A stretch of 64,000 bases of DNA, taken from Bacteroidaceae bacterium (GTDB lineage Bacteria > Bacteroidota > Bacteroidia > Bacteroidales > Bacteroidaceae). Positions 27,086-38,052 of the stretch are shown piece after piece. The stretch's first letter is position 1; each line of letters starts with the position of its first letter. The notes beneath the pieces were generated by a model. The model ran no database searches, had not been told where the DNA came from, and worked only from the letters and a program-made list of their open reading frames with translations. Both the position numbers and the translations under genes were made by a program. The stretch spans positions 33,410 through 97,409 of the forward strand of contig JAGCYD010000076.1 of assembly GCA_017960985.1 (NCBI GenBank), written 5' to 3'.

Positions 27086-29272
27086 ATGAAGCGAATAACA
27101 CTAATCCTTTCGGCAATATCATTACTTATGGCTTCGTGTAACAAGCAAGAAGACAAGATATTACTTCGTAATGACATACAACTCGAAAGCGATGTCATGA
27201 CACCCGAAGCCCTTTGGGCCATGGGGCGTATCGGCAGTTATGCAGTATCGCCCAACGGCGAGAAGGTGGCTTATCAGGTCAGTTATTACAGCGTAGAGGA
27301 AAACCGCAGCAATACGGTCATCTATACCCAAAGCCTCCTAAAGGAATCGGCAACGCCCACTTTACTGGGATTAGGAAGTGATCCCGTTTGGCTCTCCGAC
27401 AACAAATTGGCCTTTGCCTCGGAAGGTGAGGTATGGACCATGCGTACTAACGGTAAAGCTCGCAAGCAACTGACCAAGACCGACGGCAATGTCGAAGGCT
27501 TCCTATTTTCTCCCGACCAAAAGAAAGTTATCCTCATCAAGCAAGTACCCTTCCACGAGATTATCAAGGAGAACCCCAGCGACTTACCCAAAGCCACTGG
27601 CCGACGGATTACGGACCTCATGTATCGCCATTGGGATCATTATGTGGAGTCAATTCCCCACCCCTTCATACTCGATTTGGAAACGGGCGAGGAGTTCGAT
27701 ATGCTCGAAGGTATGCCCTACGAATGTCCGATGGAGCCTTTTGGTGGTATAGAACAACTGGCATGGAGTCCCGACTCGAAGCAGATTGCCTATACCTGTC
27801 GCACCAAAACAGGATTGGAAATGAGCATTTCCACGGATAGTGATATCTACCTCTATGATTTGGAGGCCGAAGACGGCACCGTTGACAAGAACCGCAACCT
27901 CTGTAAAGAGGGAGTTGACCTGCCAAAGGTTGATCCGACCAAGACGCTCAAGACCCAGGCTATAAACCAAATGGAGGAAGACCTTAATGTCGGCTACGAC
28001 CTGAATCCCAAGTTCTCACCCGATGGCCGTTATGTGGCTTGGTTGTCGATGGAGCGCGATGGCTATGAGGCTGACCGCCAGCGTCTGTGTATCTACGACC
28101 TGAAAGAGAATACCAAAAACTATGTTACGGAATCTTTCGACTCGAATGTAGATGACTTCATCTGGGCATCGGACAGCAAAACTCTTTATTTCTTGGGCGT
28201 TTGGCACGCTACGGAGAACCTTTATCGCACCAACCTTCAAGGCGAAATTAAGCAACTCTCCGACTACCAAGCCGACTTTGGAAGTCTGCAACTTGTTACT
28301 GTTCATGACACATATTCAGATGATTCATATATATATGAGCACATCTTGCTCGAGCGTCACGATTATATGCATCCTGCCGACCTCTATCTTGCCTCAATTA
28401 GAAAAGTCAAAGATACCATAGAGTCCCTTACACAGGTCACCCACGAAAACGACCACATCCTATCCCAGATTGCAGCAGGTTCATCGGAAACCCGTTGGAT
28501 AAAGACCACTACGGGCGAGGACATGCACTACTGGATTGTCAAGCCTCCTCACTTCGACCCCAACAAGAAGTACCCCACGCTGCTTTTCTGCGAGGGAGGC
28601 CCACAAAGCCCCGTGAGTCAGTTCTGGTCGTACCGTTGGAACTTTATGATTATGGCTTCGCAGGGTTATGTCATCATTGCTCCCAACCGTCACGGGTTAC
28701 CTGGATTCGGTTTGGCTTGGCAAGAACAAATCTCGGGGGATTGGACAGGTCAGTGCATGCAGGACTATCTAGCAGCCATCGACGACGCTGCCGAGAATCT
28801 TCCCTATGTGGATAAGGACCGCCTGGGAGCCGTCGGGGCTTCCTTCGGTGGTTTCTCCGTTTATTATCTGGCAGGCCATCACGACAAGCGCTTCAAATGC
28901 TTCATTGCCCACGATGGTGCTTTCAACCTCGAAGCGATGTACACCGAAACAGAAGAAAACTGGTTCAGCAACTGGGAGTATGACGACGCCTACTGGAATA
29001 AGGATATGACGGCTAATGCCCGTAAGACCTACGAGAACTCGCCTCATCGCTTTGTTGATAAGTGGGACACGCCCATCCTCTGTATTCACGGAGAGAAGGA
29101 CTATCGCATCAATGCCACACAAGGAATGTCAGCATTCAATGCTGCCCGTATGCGGGGCATCGAGGCAGAGTTGCTAATCTTCCCCGACGAGAACCACTGG
29201 GTATTGAAGCCCCAAAACGGCATCCTCTGGCAGCGCACCTATTTCGACTGGCTTGCCAAGTGGCTTAAATAA
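27086..29272 (+). CDS. S9 family serine peptidase (prolyl oligopeptidase / DPP type), lipoprotein
   Basis: Lipobox LLMASC. Beta-propeller N-terminal half. Catalytic triad context GASFGGFS, HGEKDYRI and DENHW. Confidence 0.85.
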   Translation: MKRITLILSAISLLMASCNKQEDKILLRNDIQLESDVMTPEALWAMGRIGSYAVSPNGEKVAYQVSYYSVEENRSNTVIYTQSLLKESATPTLLGLGSDPVWLSDNKLAFASEGEVWTMRTNGKARKQLTKTDGNVEGFLFSPDQKKVILIKQVPFHEIIKENPSDLPKATGRRITDLMYRHWDHYVESIPHPFILDLETGEEFDMLEGMPYECPMEPFGGIEQLAWSPDSKQIAYTCRTKTGLEMSISTDSDIYLYDLEAEDGTVDKNRNLCKEGVDLPKVDPTKTLKTQAINQMEEDLNVGYDLNPKFSPDGRYVAWLSMERDGYEADRQRLCIYDLKENTKNYVTESFDSNVDDFIWASDSKTLYFLGVWHATENLYRTNLQGEIKQLSDYQADFGSLQLVTVHDTYSDDSYIYEHILLERHDYMHPADLYLASIRKVKDTIESLTQVTHENDHILSQIAAGSSETRWIKTTTGEDMHYWIVKPPHFDPNKKYPTLLFCEGGPQSPVSQFWSYRWNFMIMASQGYVIIAPNRHGLPGFGLAWQEQISGDWTGQCMQDYLAAIDDAAENLPYVDKDRLGAVGASFGGFSVYYLAGHHDKRFKCFIAHDGAFNLEAMYTETEENWFSNWEYDDAYWNKDMTANARKTYENSPHRFVDKWDTPILCIHGEKDYRINATQGMSAFNAARMRGIEAELLIFPDENHWVLKPQNGILWQRTYFDWLAKWLK

Positions 29273-29306
29273 TTAAGAAAGAAGTATTAAGAATTAAATC
29301 ATAATT

Positions 29307-30923
29307 ATGACCGAACAAATCAAAACCCTTCGTGACTCTGCCGCCATGCGTTGGTCGGCATTGCTGCTACTGGCATTGGCCATGTTCTGCAGTTATATAT
29401 TCATGGACATCCTTTCGCCCATCAAGGACTTGATGCAGGAATATCGTGGATGGGATTCTACCGCTTTCGGTACCATGCAAGGCTCCGAGGTATTCCTCAA
29501 TGTCTTTGTATTCTTCCTCATCTTTGCCGGTATCATCCTCGACAAAATGGGCGTACGCTTCACGGCATTGCTTTCCGGAGCAGTCATGCTGGTGGGTGCC
29601 ATTATTAAATGGTATGCCGTAAGCGATGCCTTTATCGGTAGCGGACTGGATGTATGGTTCACCAATCATCTCAACTACATCCCCCTTTTCGATGAATTGG
29701 GTGTAAGTCCCTTCTACGAGGGAATGCCCGCCAGCGCCAAGTTTGCAGCCGTAGGTTTCATGATATTTGGCTGCGGTGTGGAGATGGCTGGTATCACGGT
29801 TAGTCGTGGTATTGTAAAATGGTTCAAAGGTCGTGAGATGGCTTTGGCAATGGGAAGCGAGATGGCCCTTGCCCGTTTAGGCGTAGCCACCTGTATGATC
29901 TTCTCGCCCTTCTTTGCCAAGTTAGGTGGACAAGTAGATGTCAGCCGTTCGGTTGCCTTTGGCGTCGTACTGCTTTGCATTGCCCTGATTATGACTATTG
30001 TTTATTTCTTCATGGACAAGAAACTTGACAGTCAGACGGGCGAAGCCGAAGAAAAAGACGACCCGTTCAAGGTCAGCGACTTGGGCAAGATACTCACCGA
30101 CTCTGGTTTCTGGTTAGTAGCGCTCCTTTGTGTACTCTATTACAGTGCTATATTCCCCTTCCAGAAGTATGCCGTCAATATGCTCCAGTGCAATCTGTCT
30201 CTGGTAGAACCCAATGCCGATTCGTTCTGGGCAAGCAGTAGTGTGACCATCGTGCAGTATGTCATCATGCTTATCGTTGCTGCCGCAGGCTTTGCCAGCA
30301 ACTTCCAGAAGAAGAAATCCATGCAGTATGGTCTGCTTGCCCTCTCTGTGGCATCATTAGGTATTTACTGTTACATGGGCTATATGCGTCAGAGTGCCGA
30401 AGCCATCTTTGCCGTATTCCCCTTGCTGGCCGTACTTATCACACCGATTCTGGGCAGTTATGTTGACCACAAGGGTAAGGCTGCTTCGATGCTTGTATTA
30501 GGTTCGTTGTTGCTGATTGCCTGCCACCTGACATTTGCTTTCATACTGCCCCTTGCCAAGGGAAGTGCCGTTGGTGGTGTAGCGATTGCCTATATTACCA
30601 TCCTTGTGCTGGGAGCCTCTTTCTCGTTGGTACCCGCCTCATTATGGCCCAGCGTGCCCAAATTGGTAGATGCTAAGGTTATCGGTTCTGCCTATGCACT
30701 TATCTTCTGGATTCAGAATATCGGATTGTGGCTTTTCCCCATGCTGATTGGCAAGATTCTCGACAACACGAATCCCGGCATAACCGACCCCACGCAGTAT
30801 AACTACACCACTCCTCTGGTGATGTTAGCCAGTCTGGGGGTAGCAGCCCTATTGTTGGGATTGTTGTTGAAAGTGCTCGACAAGAAAAAAGGCTACGGTC
30901 TGGAACAGCCCAATATCAAATAA
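29307..30923 (+). CDS. MFS transporter
   Basis: 538 aa with about 12-14 TM helices. MFS motif-A-like GIILDKMGVRF after TM2. Confidence 0.7.
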   Translation: MTEQIKTLRDSAAMRWSALLLLALAMFCSYIFMDILSPIKDLMQEYRGWDSTAFGTMQGSEVFLNVFVFFLIFAGIILDKMGVRFTALLSGAVMLVGAIIKWYAVSDAFIGSGLDVWFTNHLNYIPLFDELGVSPFYEGMPASAKFAAVGFMIFGCGVEMAGITVSRGIVKWFKGREMALAMGSEMALARLGVATCMIFSPFFAKLGGQVDVSRSVAFGVVLLCIALIMTIVYFFMDKKLDSQTGEAEEKDDPFKVSDLGKILTDSGFWLVALLCVLYYSAIFPFQKYAVNMLQCNLSLVEPNADSFWASSSVTIVQYVIMLIVAAAGFASNFQKKKSMQYGLLALSVASLGIYCYMGYMRQSAEAIFAVFPLLAVLITPILGSYVDHKGKAASMLVLGSLLLIACHLTFAFILPLAKGSAVGGVAIAYITILVLGASFSLVPASLWPSVPKLVDAKVIGSAYALIFWIQNIGLWLFPMLIGKILDNTNPGITDPTQYNYTTPLVMLASLGVAALLLGLLLKVLDKKKGYGLEQPNIK

Positions 30924-30947
30924 GCGACCGACTTTATTATCCGTGTT

Positions 30948-33035
30948 TTATAAGTCTCGTGCAATCAAATCGTGCATGAGACTTATTTCATTTATGCTCT
31001 TACCATGCTCCTGCAGAATCGGAGCATCCTGATTAAACGGCATGAGTGCATCCTTTGCCTCGGGATTAGCAATGACAAACCGATGGCCATACTCACGATA
31101 CAGACGGACGGCCTCGACGACATTTCCCTGCAACCATTCCACATGGGCAGCATTCAGGTAGTCCTCCCACTTGGCACTGACGGTTTCTTCTAGCAATATG
31201 CGGGTATAATAGCGTTTTGCTGTATTGTAGTCCTTCATCCGCAAGGCACACCACGCTATCGCACGCAACGAGGGTAACACGCGCTGTCCCTTAAACTCCA
31301 TCTGATAGAATCGTTTCTGTGCTTCACGCCAACGCTCCAACTGCATCAAACAAAGTCCTGTTTCGGTTGACACCCTCACATCGTCGGGCGTGAGTTTTTC
31401 CATTTGCAAGAGATATTGCAACTGCTTGTCATGCTGTCCCAACTGGGCATAACAGAACTGCAGATGAAAGAGTATACGCGGATTCTCTTCTTCCAGCAAT
31501 TGGGCTTGCAGGAAATGGTTTATCGCTTTCTGGTACTGTTTCAACTGTTGTTCACAGAAGCCCAACTGACAAAGCAGTTCACAAGTAGAGCCCGTAAGTT
31601 CTGAATACAGGCGCAGATGCCGTTCTGCCTGTTCGAACTGTCCGTGTCGCAGATAGGCCACACCTATGGGGTGAAGGTATGCGGACGATTTACGCAAAGC
31701 ATCGCCGAACACAGAATTATGGATAAGTTGCATCTGTGCAGAGAATACATCTGGCCAAAGTGAGTGCCATGGCGAACATTTCAGGCATCGGTACAGACAT
31801 TGTATTGTATTTTGATACACATGTAAATCTCCCTTTGCCTCCAAACCTTCAGTACGATTCTCAAACATATTCTGCATCTGTTTGCGCTGCTCCGCGGGGA
31901 TGTTTGCAGCCAAGAAAGACAGAGAATATTTATCGGAATCACAAAGCCTCAACGCATTGATGAACGGCACTTGCTCCACACCAGGACGGGTCGCATCAAA
32001 GGGAAGTAACCAATGAGGAGGTCGTTTAAAGAACGGGAAGCCCTTCAATCCCATAAAGGTATGAAGATTGACATCCATGCCCTCCTCTGACATCTTTACC
32101 ATCTCCTTCATACTGTCCGCAATCTTCTTTCGTGCCGACTTGCTCAGGTTAAGACCCGAGTCAGGGTCATTCAAATCTATTTCTGCCTCGTCGAAACCCA
32201 GTTTGGCCCGCTGTTGCGTTGCCTTTATCAATGTCGGCAGTATGTCGTGTTCCAGCTTTGCCTGCAAGCGCTTCGACACCTGATAAAGCATAAACTGGTG
32301 TTGTACCAGCACCAGTTCCTCTATGAAGCGCTTTGATTCCGTCAGTTTCAGTAGAGCGGCACGCAGTTGGGGAAAGAGCGAAAGCACATTACCGTGCAGA
32401 TGACACACGATAGCCATGCCAATAACGGCACGCGCTCTGTCATTATCAACATCCGTCAGGCAATACTCCAAGAGCAATCGCGTTTTGGCCGCATCAAAGT
32501 AATGCAACTGCGCCAGCGTCAGCGCACTCAACAGATACGACCGCAACAAGGTATTCTCCGTTTCAGCCAGGAAACGGCGGAGTTCTTCTTCCTGCGTAGC
32601 ATTGATTTGTGGTGAAGTCCAGATTATCTCGAACAGTTCGTCCTCGGCCTCCGCATTGGACTTCACGGACAATCGTTCCATATTTCCCTTCAAGGCTACC
32701 TGCCACACGCCGTCGTACAAACTGGCTGCCGTCGTATAGACATCGCGTTGCGACGAGAGGCGATAAGCACGCCGTGTGTCTTGCAAGGTACGATATGCCC
32801 GTTCTATCAACTGACGATATTGTTCCTCACGCGAATGGTCTTCTGTCCCCTCCTCCATATAATGAAGCAGACGGTCGTAATCTGCCTTCATGCCGTTTAC
32901 CTCTTCGGCAAGGGCGGGTAATTGTAGAGAATCGTGTATGTTCGACAGCATAGTCAAGGCACCATATAGGTAGCCGTTGACGAGGTCGGCCTCGGCACCT
33001 TCCGTCAGTTGCTGAAAGGTCTGTTTGTCCAACAT
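30948..33035 (-). CDS. Tetratricopeptide (TPR) repeat protein
   Basis: The C-terminal half is made of TPR-like helical pairs (YAQLGQHDKQLQYLLQMEKL, ALRMKDYNTAKRYYTRILL). Start set at the ATG at 33035 (MLDKQTF), 10 nt after the upstream stop. The ORF-track start at 33128 would overlap the neighbouring gene. Confidence 0.65.
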   Translation of the reverse strand: MLDKQTFQQLTEGAEADLVNGYLYGALTMLSNIHDSLQLPALAEEVNGMKADYDRLLHYMEEGTEDHSREEQYRQLIERAYRTLQDTRRAYRLSSQRDVYTTAASLYDGVWQVALKGNMERLSVKSNAEAEDELFEIIWTSPQINATQEEELRRFLAETENTLLRSYLLSALTLAQLHYFDAAKTRLLLEYCLTDVDNDRARAVIGMAIVCHLHGNVLSLFPQLRAALLKLTESKRFIEELVLVQHQFMLYQVSKRLQAKLEHDILPTLIKATQQRAKLGFDEAEIDLNDPDSGLNLSKSARKKIADSMKEMVKMSEEGMDVNLHTFMGLKGFPFFKRPPHWLLPFDATRPGVEQVPFINALRLCDSDKYSLSFLAANIPAEQRKQMQNMFENRTEGLEAKGDLHVYQNTIQCLYRCLKCSPWHSLWPDVFSAQMQLIHNSVFGDALRKSSAYLHPIGVAYLRHGQFEQAERHLRLYSELTGSTCELLCQLGFCEQQLKQYQKAINHFLQAQLLEEENPRILFHLQFCYAQLGQHDKQLQYLLQMEKLTPDDVRVSTETGLCLMQLERWREAQKRFYQMEFKGQRVLPSLRAIAWCALRMKDYNTAKRYYTRILLEETVSAKWEDYLNAAHVEWLQGNVVEAVRLYREYGHRFVIANPEAKDALMPFNQDAPILQEHGKSINEISLMHDLIARDL

Positions 33036-33045
33036 ACGCTTGTTT

Positions 33046-34011
33046 CTATGGGTGAATGAATCCGCGGGCAAACAACGAGTCACGCACAATCTGCGGCACA
33101 CGCCGTTCCCTCTCCTGTAACCAGGCAAGGGCTATATCGGCAAGGTCTGCCTTTGGTAATGCGGCTTGGGTAAACTGCGGAACCGTCAGCGAATCGGCCA
33201 TCGATGCGGGAATCGCACAATGCTCCACGAAAAATTGCCTTATTACCTTTGCTTTCGGCTGTCCGTTCAGTTCCTTCACGGCCTCGTTGTACGCCTTGAT
33301 GAACATCCGTATTTGCGTGCTCCTCAAACTGTCCGAGAGGTTTTGCCGTTGCGAAGCAATACAGGCAAATGCGCCTTGTGTCTTCCGTTGCGAAGCAATA
33401 CCTTTGTTTCCCGACAGTTCAGCACGCTGGGCATAAGGCTGTGGCAGCAATGCCGCATCCACCAGTTGCTCCTCGAGCATCGTGGTACGCAACTGTACAT
33501 CATTGATTTGCGGACGATAGACGGCACTTTGTTCTAACCCCGCCTGTTTCATCAGTTCGTCGCTCCAATAGTCAGCAGCCGAATGGCGGTCGAGGGCTAT
33601 CATGCGTTCCTTTAGATGTTTCAGGGTACGGATGCGCTTACTCTTTGCCGTCACTAAACGAATCTCTCCGTTCAGTCCCATCACGACACGATAGGGAACG
33701 CTATCGCCCTGCAACTCCAGCAGGCGTGCCAAGTCGGCATAAGCCAGTTCCACACGCCCCTGTTGCAATGCCGTATCACAATCCATCAGCGAGAGGTATT
33801 CGGTCAGGCGTACATCAAGCCCCTCCCGTCTAAACAACCCTCTCCGCTCGGCATAATAGACAGGCAGGCAATCCATCACGGGCACCACAGCCACATGGAG
33901 TGCTAACGAATCCCGTTGCGCCAAGTCCTCAGGCGATGCAGACTCTTGCTTATTCTGGCAGGAAATTAATAAAAGGTAAAAAGTAAAAAGTAAAAACACA
34001 CTATGTTTCAT
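33046..34011 (-). CDS. NMT1/THI5-like ABC-type substrate-binding lipoprotein
   Basis: Lipobox LLLISC. Periplasmic-binding-protein-like alternation of motifs. No permease or ATPase gene is adjacent. Confidence 0.5.
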   Translation of the reverse strand: MKHSVFLLFTFYLLLISCQNKQESASPEDLAQRDSLALHVAVVPVMDCLPVYYAERRGLFRREGLDVRLTEYLSLMDCDTALQQGRVELAYADLARLLELQGDSVPYRVVMGLNGEIRLVTAKSKRIRTLKHLKERMIALDRHSAADYWSDELMKQAGLEQSAVYRPQINDVQLRTTMLEEQLVDAALLPQPYAQRAELSGNKGIASQRKTQGAFACIASQRQNLSDSLRSTQIRMFIKAYNEAVKELNGQPKAKVIRQFFVEHCAIPASMADSLTVPQFTQAALPKADLADIALAWLQERERRVPQIVRDSLFARGFIHP

Positions 34012-34061
34012 GGCCTCTACCTTTTACTTCTTACCTTAAAAGATTTATCTTGGGGGATATA

Positions 34062-35330
34062 TTATCCCTTGATTGCTGCTACACCGGGGAGCACCTTGCC
34101 CTCGATAGCCTCAAGCAGTGCACCACCACCCGTCGAGATGTAGGACACCTTGTCCTCCAAACCAAACTTGTGTACACAGGCAACACTATCGCCACCACCA
34201 ATCAGTGAGAATGCGCCTTCAGCCGTAGCCTTTGCAACAGCCTCACCTACGGCACGACTACCAGCAGTGAAGTCATCACACTCGAAGCAGCCAGCAGGAC
34301 CGTTCCAAAGGATGGTCTTTGCACCAGCGATGGCATCAGCGAACTTCTTGCGGCTCTCAGGACCTGCATCGAGGCCGTCCCAACCGTCTTCGATAGCGTT
34401 TGAGGGGAACACCTTAATCTCGGCACCTGGCTTCACGGAGAATGTAGAGAAGTCGTAACCCGTGCAGCATACACTGTCGCTACCCAGTACCAACTCTACG
34501 CCGTTCTTCTTGGCCATTTCCTCTACGCCAAGAGCCACATCCAGTTTGTCGAGTTCTACGATAGAGTTACCAATCTCACCACCATGAGCCTTGGCAAAGG
34601 TATAGGTCATACCACCGCAAAGGATGAGTTTGTCCACCTTGCCCAGCAGGTTCTCGATGATACCAATCTTGCTTGATACCTTCGAACCACCCATGATAGC
34701 CACGAAGGGGCGCTTGATGTTCGACAGCACATTGTCCACAGCCTGCACTTCCTTCTCCATCAGGAAACCGAGCATCTTGTTGTCGGCATCGAAATAGTCG
34801 GCAATCACAGCCGTAGAGGCATGCTTGCGGTGAGCCGTACCGAAGGCATCCATCACATAGCAGTCAGCATACGAAGCCAAAGTCTTGGCAAATGCCTTCT
34901 GGCTTTCCTTCATAGCCTTCTTTGCCTCGTCGTAAGCAGGGTCGGTCTTTTCAATACCTACGGGCTTACCTTCCTCCTCGGGATAGTAGCGCAGGTTCTC
35001 CAACAACAGCACCTGACCGGGCTTCAGTGCAGCAGCAGCCTCCTGTGCCTTGGCGCAGTCGGGAGCAAACTGAACGGGTGCACCCAAAGCAGCCGAAACG
35101 GCATCCTTAATCTGACCCAGTGAGAGGTTGGGGTTCACCTTACCCTTGGGCTTACCCATGTGAGACATAATGATAAGCGCACCGCCGTTCTGCAGAATGT
35201 ACTTCAGCGTAGGCAGGGCACCACGAATACGGGTATCGTCCGTAATCTGTCCGTTCTCGTTCAAGGGCACATTGAAGTCAACGCGCACGATTGCCTTCTT
35301 ACCGGCAAAATTGTAATCCTTAATCGTCAT
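34062..35330 (-). CDS. pgk: Phosphoglycerate kinase
   Basis: [13 protein letters not shown], and GGGDSVA and STGGGA near the C-terminus. Confidence 0.95.
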   Translation of the reverse strand: MTIKDYNFAGKKAIVRVDFNVPLNENGQITDDTRIRGALPTLKYILQNGGALIIMSHMGKPKGKVNPNLSLGQIKDAVSAALGAPVQFAPDCAKAQEAAAALKPGQVLLLENLRYYPEEEGKPVGIEKTDPAYDEAKKAMKESQKAFAKTLASYADCYVMDAFGTAHRKHASTAVIADYFDADNKMLGFLMEKEVQAVDNVLSNIKRPFVAIMGGSKVSSKIGIIENLLGKVDKLILCGGMTYTFAKAHGGEIGNSIVELDKLDVALGVEEMAKKNGVELVLGSDSVCCTGYDFSTFSVKPGAEIKVFPSNAIEDGWDGLDAGPESRKKFADAIAGAKTILWNGPAGCFECDDFTAGSRAVGEAVAKATAEGAFSLIGGGDSVACVHKFGLEDKVSYISTGGGALLEAIEGKVLPGVAAIKG

Positions 35331-35389
35331 AATTCTTTCGTTTTAGTTGGTTATCGTTATTGTTTCCTTTTCCGTTTTGTTTTGCTGCG

Positions 35390-35397
35390 CAAAAATA
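35390..35397 (-). promoter_or_regulatory. -7 box for pgk
   Basis: The minus strand reads TAttTTTG, 60 nt upstream of the pgk ATG. Confidence 0.4.
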
Positions 35398-35436
35398 CAA
35401 AATAATCTTCAATAATCCCTCATCTATCACCAATTA

Positions 35437-37170
35437 TTAGTTCTCGTAGCGATAGGTTTTCCCGTCGCTGGTCGTAAAGGTGATGGCTTCGATTGATGGA
35501 GCATCGTAGCGAATGCCGTATTGGGCGGTCTTCAGCGCCTCTGCCTTGATGTCGTCAAAGGCAGTTTTGAAAGCCTCTGCTTCAGCAAAGGGGACAGGAA
35601 GCGAGAAACTGTTCCAAGGGGCAGGAGTGACATATATGGGGAACTGCTCGCGGTCGGCATCATAGTTGCCTATCCTCAGCGTGTAGTTCTTCTCCTTCCG
35701 CATTTTATTGAGGTAGCGTTCCTCGGCACCCGACATCACCTTCTGTAGGTATTCCGCCTGCATCTGCTTGTCCTTCATGCGCGCTTCGAAGTGTTCTGTC
35801 TTCTCAAACTCCCCCTTCTTGTCGATATACTTCGCCGCCTCATCCTTGTAGAACCTGGTGTAGGAAACCTCCGTCAGTTCCTTAAAGAGATTCTTTATGT
35901 CTGTGTCTGACGAGTAAATACAAGGAATGATGACTTCACCGCGTTCGTTAATCAGTCCCCATTTCTTATACTCTTCCTTAGCTACTGGAAAATACCAACC
36001 AACATCAGCCATCTGCATAGGTTGGAAATGATGTTTATACTCGCCAAAGACGGGATTCATCGACAAATCAAACACTTTACCCGTACCTGCATAAATGACG
36101 CTGCCACATTGCTGAATTTTTACGCCACTATTTGTTAGCACCACCTTTCCCTCTTGGTCAAAAAGGGCATAGTGATTATAGTTGCTCTTGCCTGGTTGCT
36201 CGCCAAGGAAGTATGGGAGCGAACCGAAAGGTCGAAATTCGCAATAGTGATAGGGGACATTGTCCGACTCATGATAGAATTGGGCATAACCGGCATTGGC
36301 TTTCATCAGTTTCTCCGCATCTTCTTTTGATTTTTCAATGAGTACCGGCCCTTGATAGAGAATGGGAATTATCGAATCGCCCGACAAGCGATAGACGGCA
36401 TAGGTGCCGCCCCATAATCGTGTTTTGCCCTTTGCCATAGTGATGGCTACTTCACCTCTCTCACAAACCAACAACCCATCCAACTCAGGGGAATTGCCCA
36501 GCAGAGAAGAATTGAGGAAATACATATTGCTACCAGAGCTATAAAGACCTGTTCCTTCGCCGTAATAAAAGGTTCCCAAGGGCAGTTTGCCTTTTTTTAA
36601 CAATTTACCATCAATGGGAGCAATCAAGTAATGTCCTGTCGCCTGATTATACAGGCAAAGGGAATTATAATGTAAATGTAAATCAGAATTTTTATTCTCA
36701 ACAACCACTATCTTGTAATCACCATATTCTCGGGATGTGCTGCATCGATTTACTCTCTCCCAATAGACTTCCTTCCTTTTTCTATCCGCTCTTGCTTCCG
36801 CCACATCTATTTTCGGACTTGTGGGTGTTGCCGCCTTAGTCTGCGTCTTAGGGCGAGATATCAGCCCCGACAACAGCGAGCCGATGGCCATAGTGGCGGC
36901 AGAGGCCGTCGTGTAGGTACCATAGTTGCTGGACTTCTTTGACGAAGAGCCGCCGCCCTGCGCCCTATAGTAGGGACACCACGTGTGGTGCTGCCACGGA
37001 TAGGTGATGTTGCCCTTCGTGATGCCGCAGTCAGGACAAGTCTTCTTCGCTTTCGCAGGTGTGGTTGTGGGGGCCACATAAGCCTGTCCTTGACTCAGTC
37101 CTGCACCTTGTGCCTGTGCGCCTACTGCCACTATGGTCAGCAACGCGAGTGAAAGGAGAATGCGTTTCAT
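35437..37170 (-). CDS. Secreted WG-repeat-containing protein
   Basis: Signal peptide. WG-repeat motif KKWGLINERGEVIIPCIY. Cys/His-rich N-terminal patch CPDCG..HHTWCPYY. Confidence 0.5.
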   Translation of the reverse strand: MKRILLSLALLTIVAVGAQAQGAGLSQGQAYVAPTTTPAKAKKTCPDCGITKGNITYPWQHHTWCPYYRAQGGGSSSKKSSNYGTYTTASAATMAIGSLLSGLISRPKTQTKAATPTSPKIDVAEARADRKRKEVYWERVNRCSTSREYGDYKIVVVENKNSDLHLHYNSLCLYNQATGHYLIAPIDGKLLKKGKLPLGTFYYGEGTGLYSSGSNMYFLNSSLLGNSPELDGLLVCERGEVAITMAKGKTRLWGGTYAVYRLSGDSIIPILYQGPVLIEKSKEDAEKLMKANAGYAQFYHESDNVPYHYCEFRPFGSLPYFLGEQPGKSNYNHYALFDQEGKVVLTNSGVKIQQCGSVIYAGTGKVFDLSMNPVFGEYKHHFQPMQMADVGWYFPVAKEEYKKWGLINERGEVIIPCIYSSDTDIKNLFKELTEVSYTRFYKDEAAKYIDKKGEFEKTEHFEARMKDKQMQAEYLQKVMSGAEERYLNKMRKEKNYTLRIGNYDADREQFPIYVTPAPWNSFSLPVPFAEAEAFKTAFDDIKAEALKTAQYGIRYDAPSIEAITFTTSDGKTYRYEN

Positions 37171-37344
37171 AATATTTTGGGATTTATAAGATTCTACCTC
37201 ACAAATGTAAGAACAATTAAACGAAAATCAAAATGTTTCGCCTCATTTTTAACAGGGGCGTTACGGCACGCATCTCAGCGGAACTCTGCACGCACCTGTT
37301 CGGCTCGCCGCACGCGCCTGAGCGGCAGGCCGCACACACCACAG

Positions 37345-37410
37345 GGGCACGCCGCTAAGTCACCAAGGGCACGCCGCTAAGTCACCAAGGGCATGCCGCT
37401 AAGTCACCAG
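37345..37410. repeat. Three tandem 22-bp repeats spanning the nth stop codon
   Basis: gggcacgccgctaagtcaccaa at 37345-37366 and 37367-37388, and gggcatgccgctaagtcaccag at 37389-37410. The last unit encodes the final nth codons (..LVT) plus the TAG stop. Confidence 0.85.
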
Positions 37411-38046
37411 CGACACGCCAATACGACGGCAGATGCCCAACAAACCACATTGTTCGCACTTGGGCTTACGAGCCACACAAACATAACGACCATGAAGGAT
37501 GAGCCAATGGTGAGCCAACGGGATAAGTTCGGCTGGAATATTGCGCACAAGTTCGCGCTCGACGGCATAAGGTGTGGTGTGTTGTTTTGATACAAGACCG
37601 ATACGATGGGACACGCGAAAGACATGCGTATCGACTGCCATCGCAGACTTCTGGAACACCACGCTTTGCACAACATTTGCCGTCTTCCGACCTACGCCTG
37701 GCAACTTAATCAATTCCTCCAGCGTACTCGGCACTACTCCCTGGTAATCAAACATTAACATCCTTGCCATTTCCACAAGATGGCGTGCCTTGCTGTTGGG
37801 ATAGGACACGCTGCGAACATAGTCGAAGATGACTTCTTCGGAAGCCAACGCCATAGCCTCTGCCGTAGGGTAATCGGCAAACAATCGGGGCGTAACCATG
37901 TTCACTCGCTTGTCCGTACATTGGGCACTCAAGATGACTGCCACCAATAACTGGAACGGAGATGCATAATGCAACTCCGTCCGTGCTTCGGGCATAGCCT
38001 GCTGAAAGTAGGCTATAACCCTGTCGTATAATTCTTTCTTACGCAC
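37399..38046 (-). CDS. nth: Endonuclease III
   Basis: HhH-GPD motif LPGVGRKTANVV. Fe-S cluster loop CVARKPKCEQCGLLGIC. Confidence 0.95.
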   Translation of the reverse strand: MRKKELYDRVIAYFQQAMPEARTELHYASPFQLLVAVILSAQCTDKRVNMVTPRLFADYPTAEAMALASEEVIFDYVRSVSYPNSKARHLVEMARMLMFDYQGVVPSTLEELIKLPGVGRKTANVVQSVVFQKSAMAVDTHVFRVSHRIGLVSKQHTTPYAVERELVRNIPAELIPLAHHWLILHGRYVCVARKPKCEQCGLLGICRRIGVSLVT

Positions 38047-38052
38047 TGGGGC

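Noticed and set aside
37177-37380. A 67-aa Arg-rich ORF in the GC-rich spacer after nth
   Set aside because: Its composition (R/A/S/T-rich) simply reflects the GC-rich repeat DNA. There is no promoter box or motif, and it ends inside the 22-bp tandem repeats.
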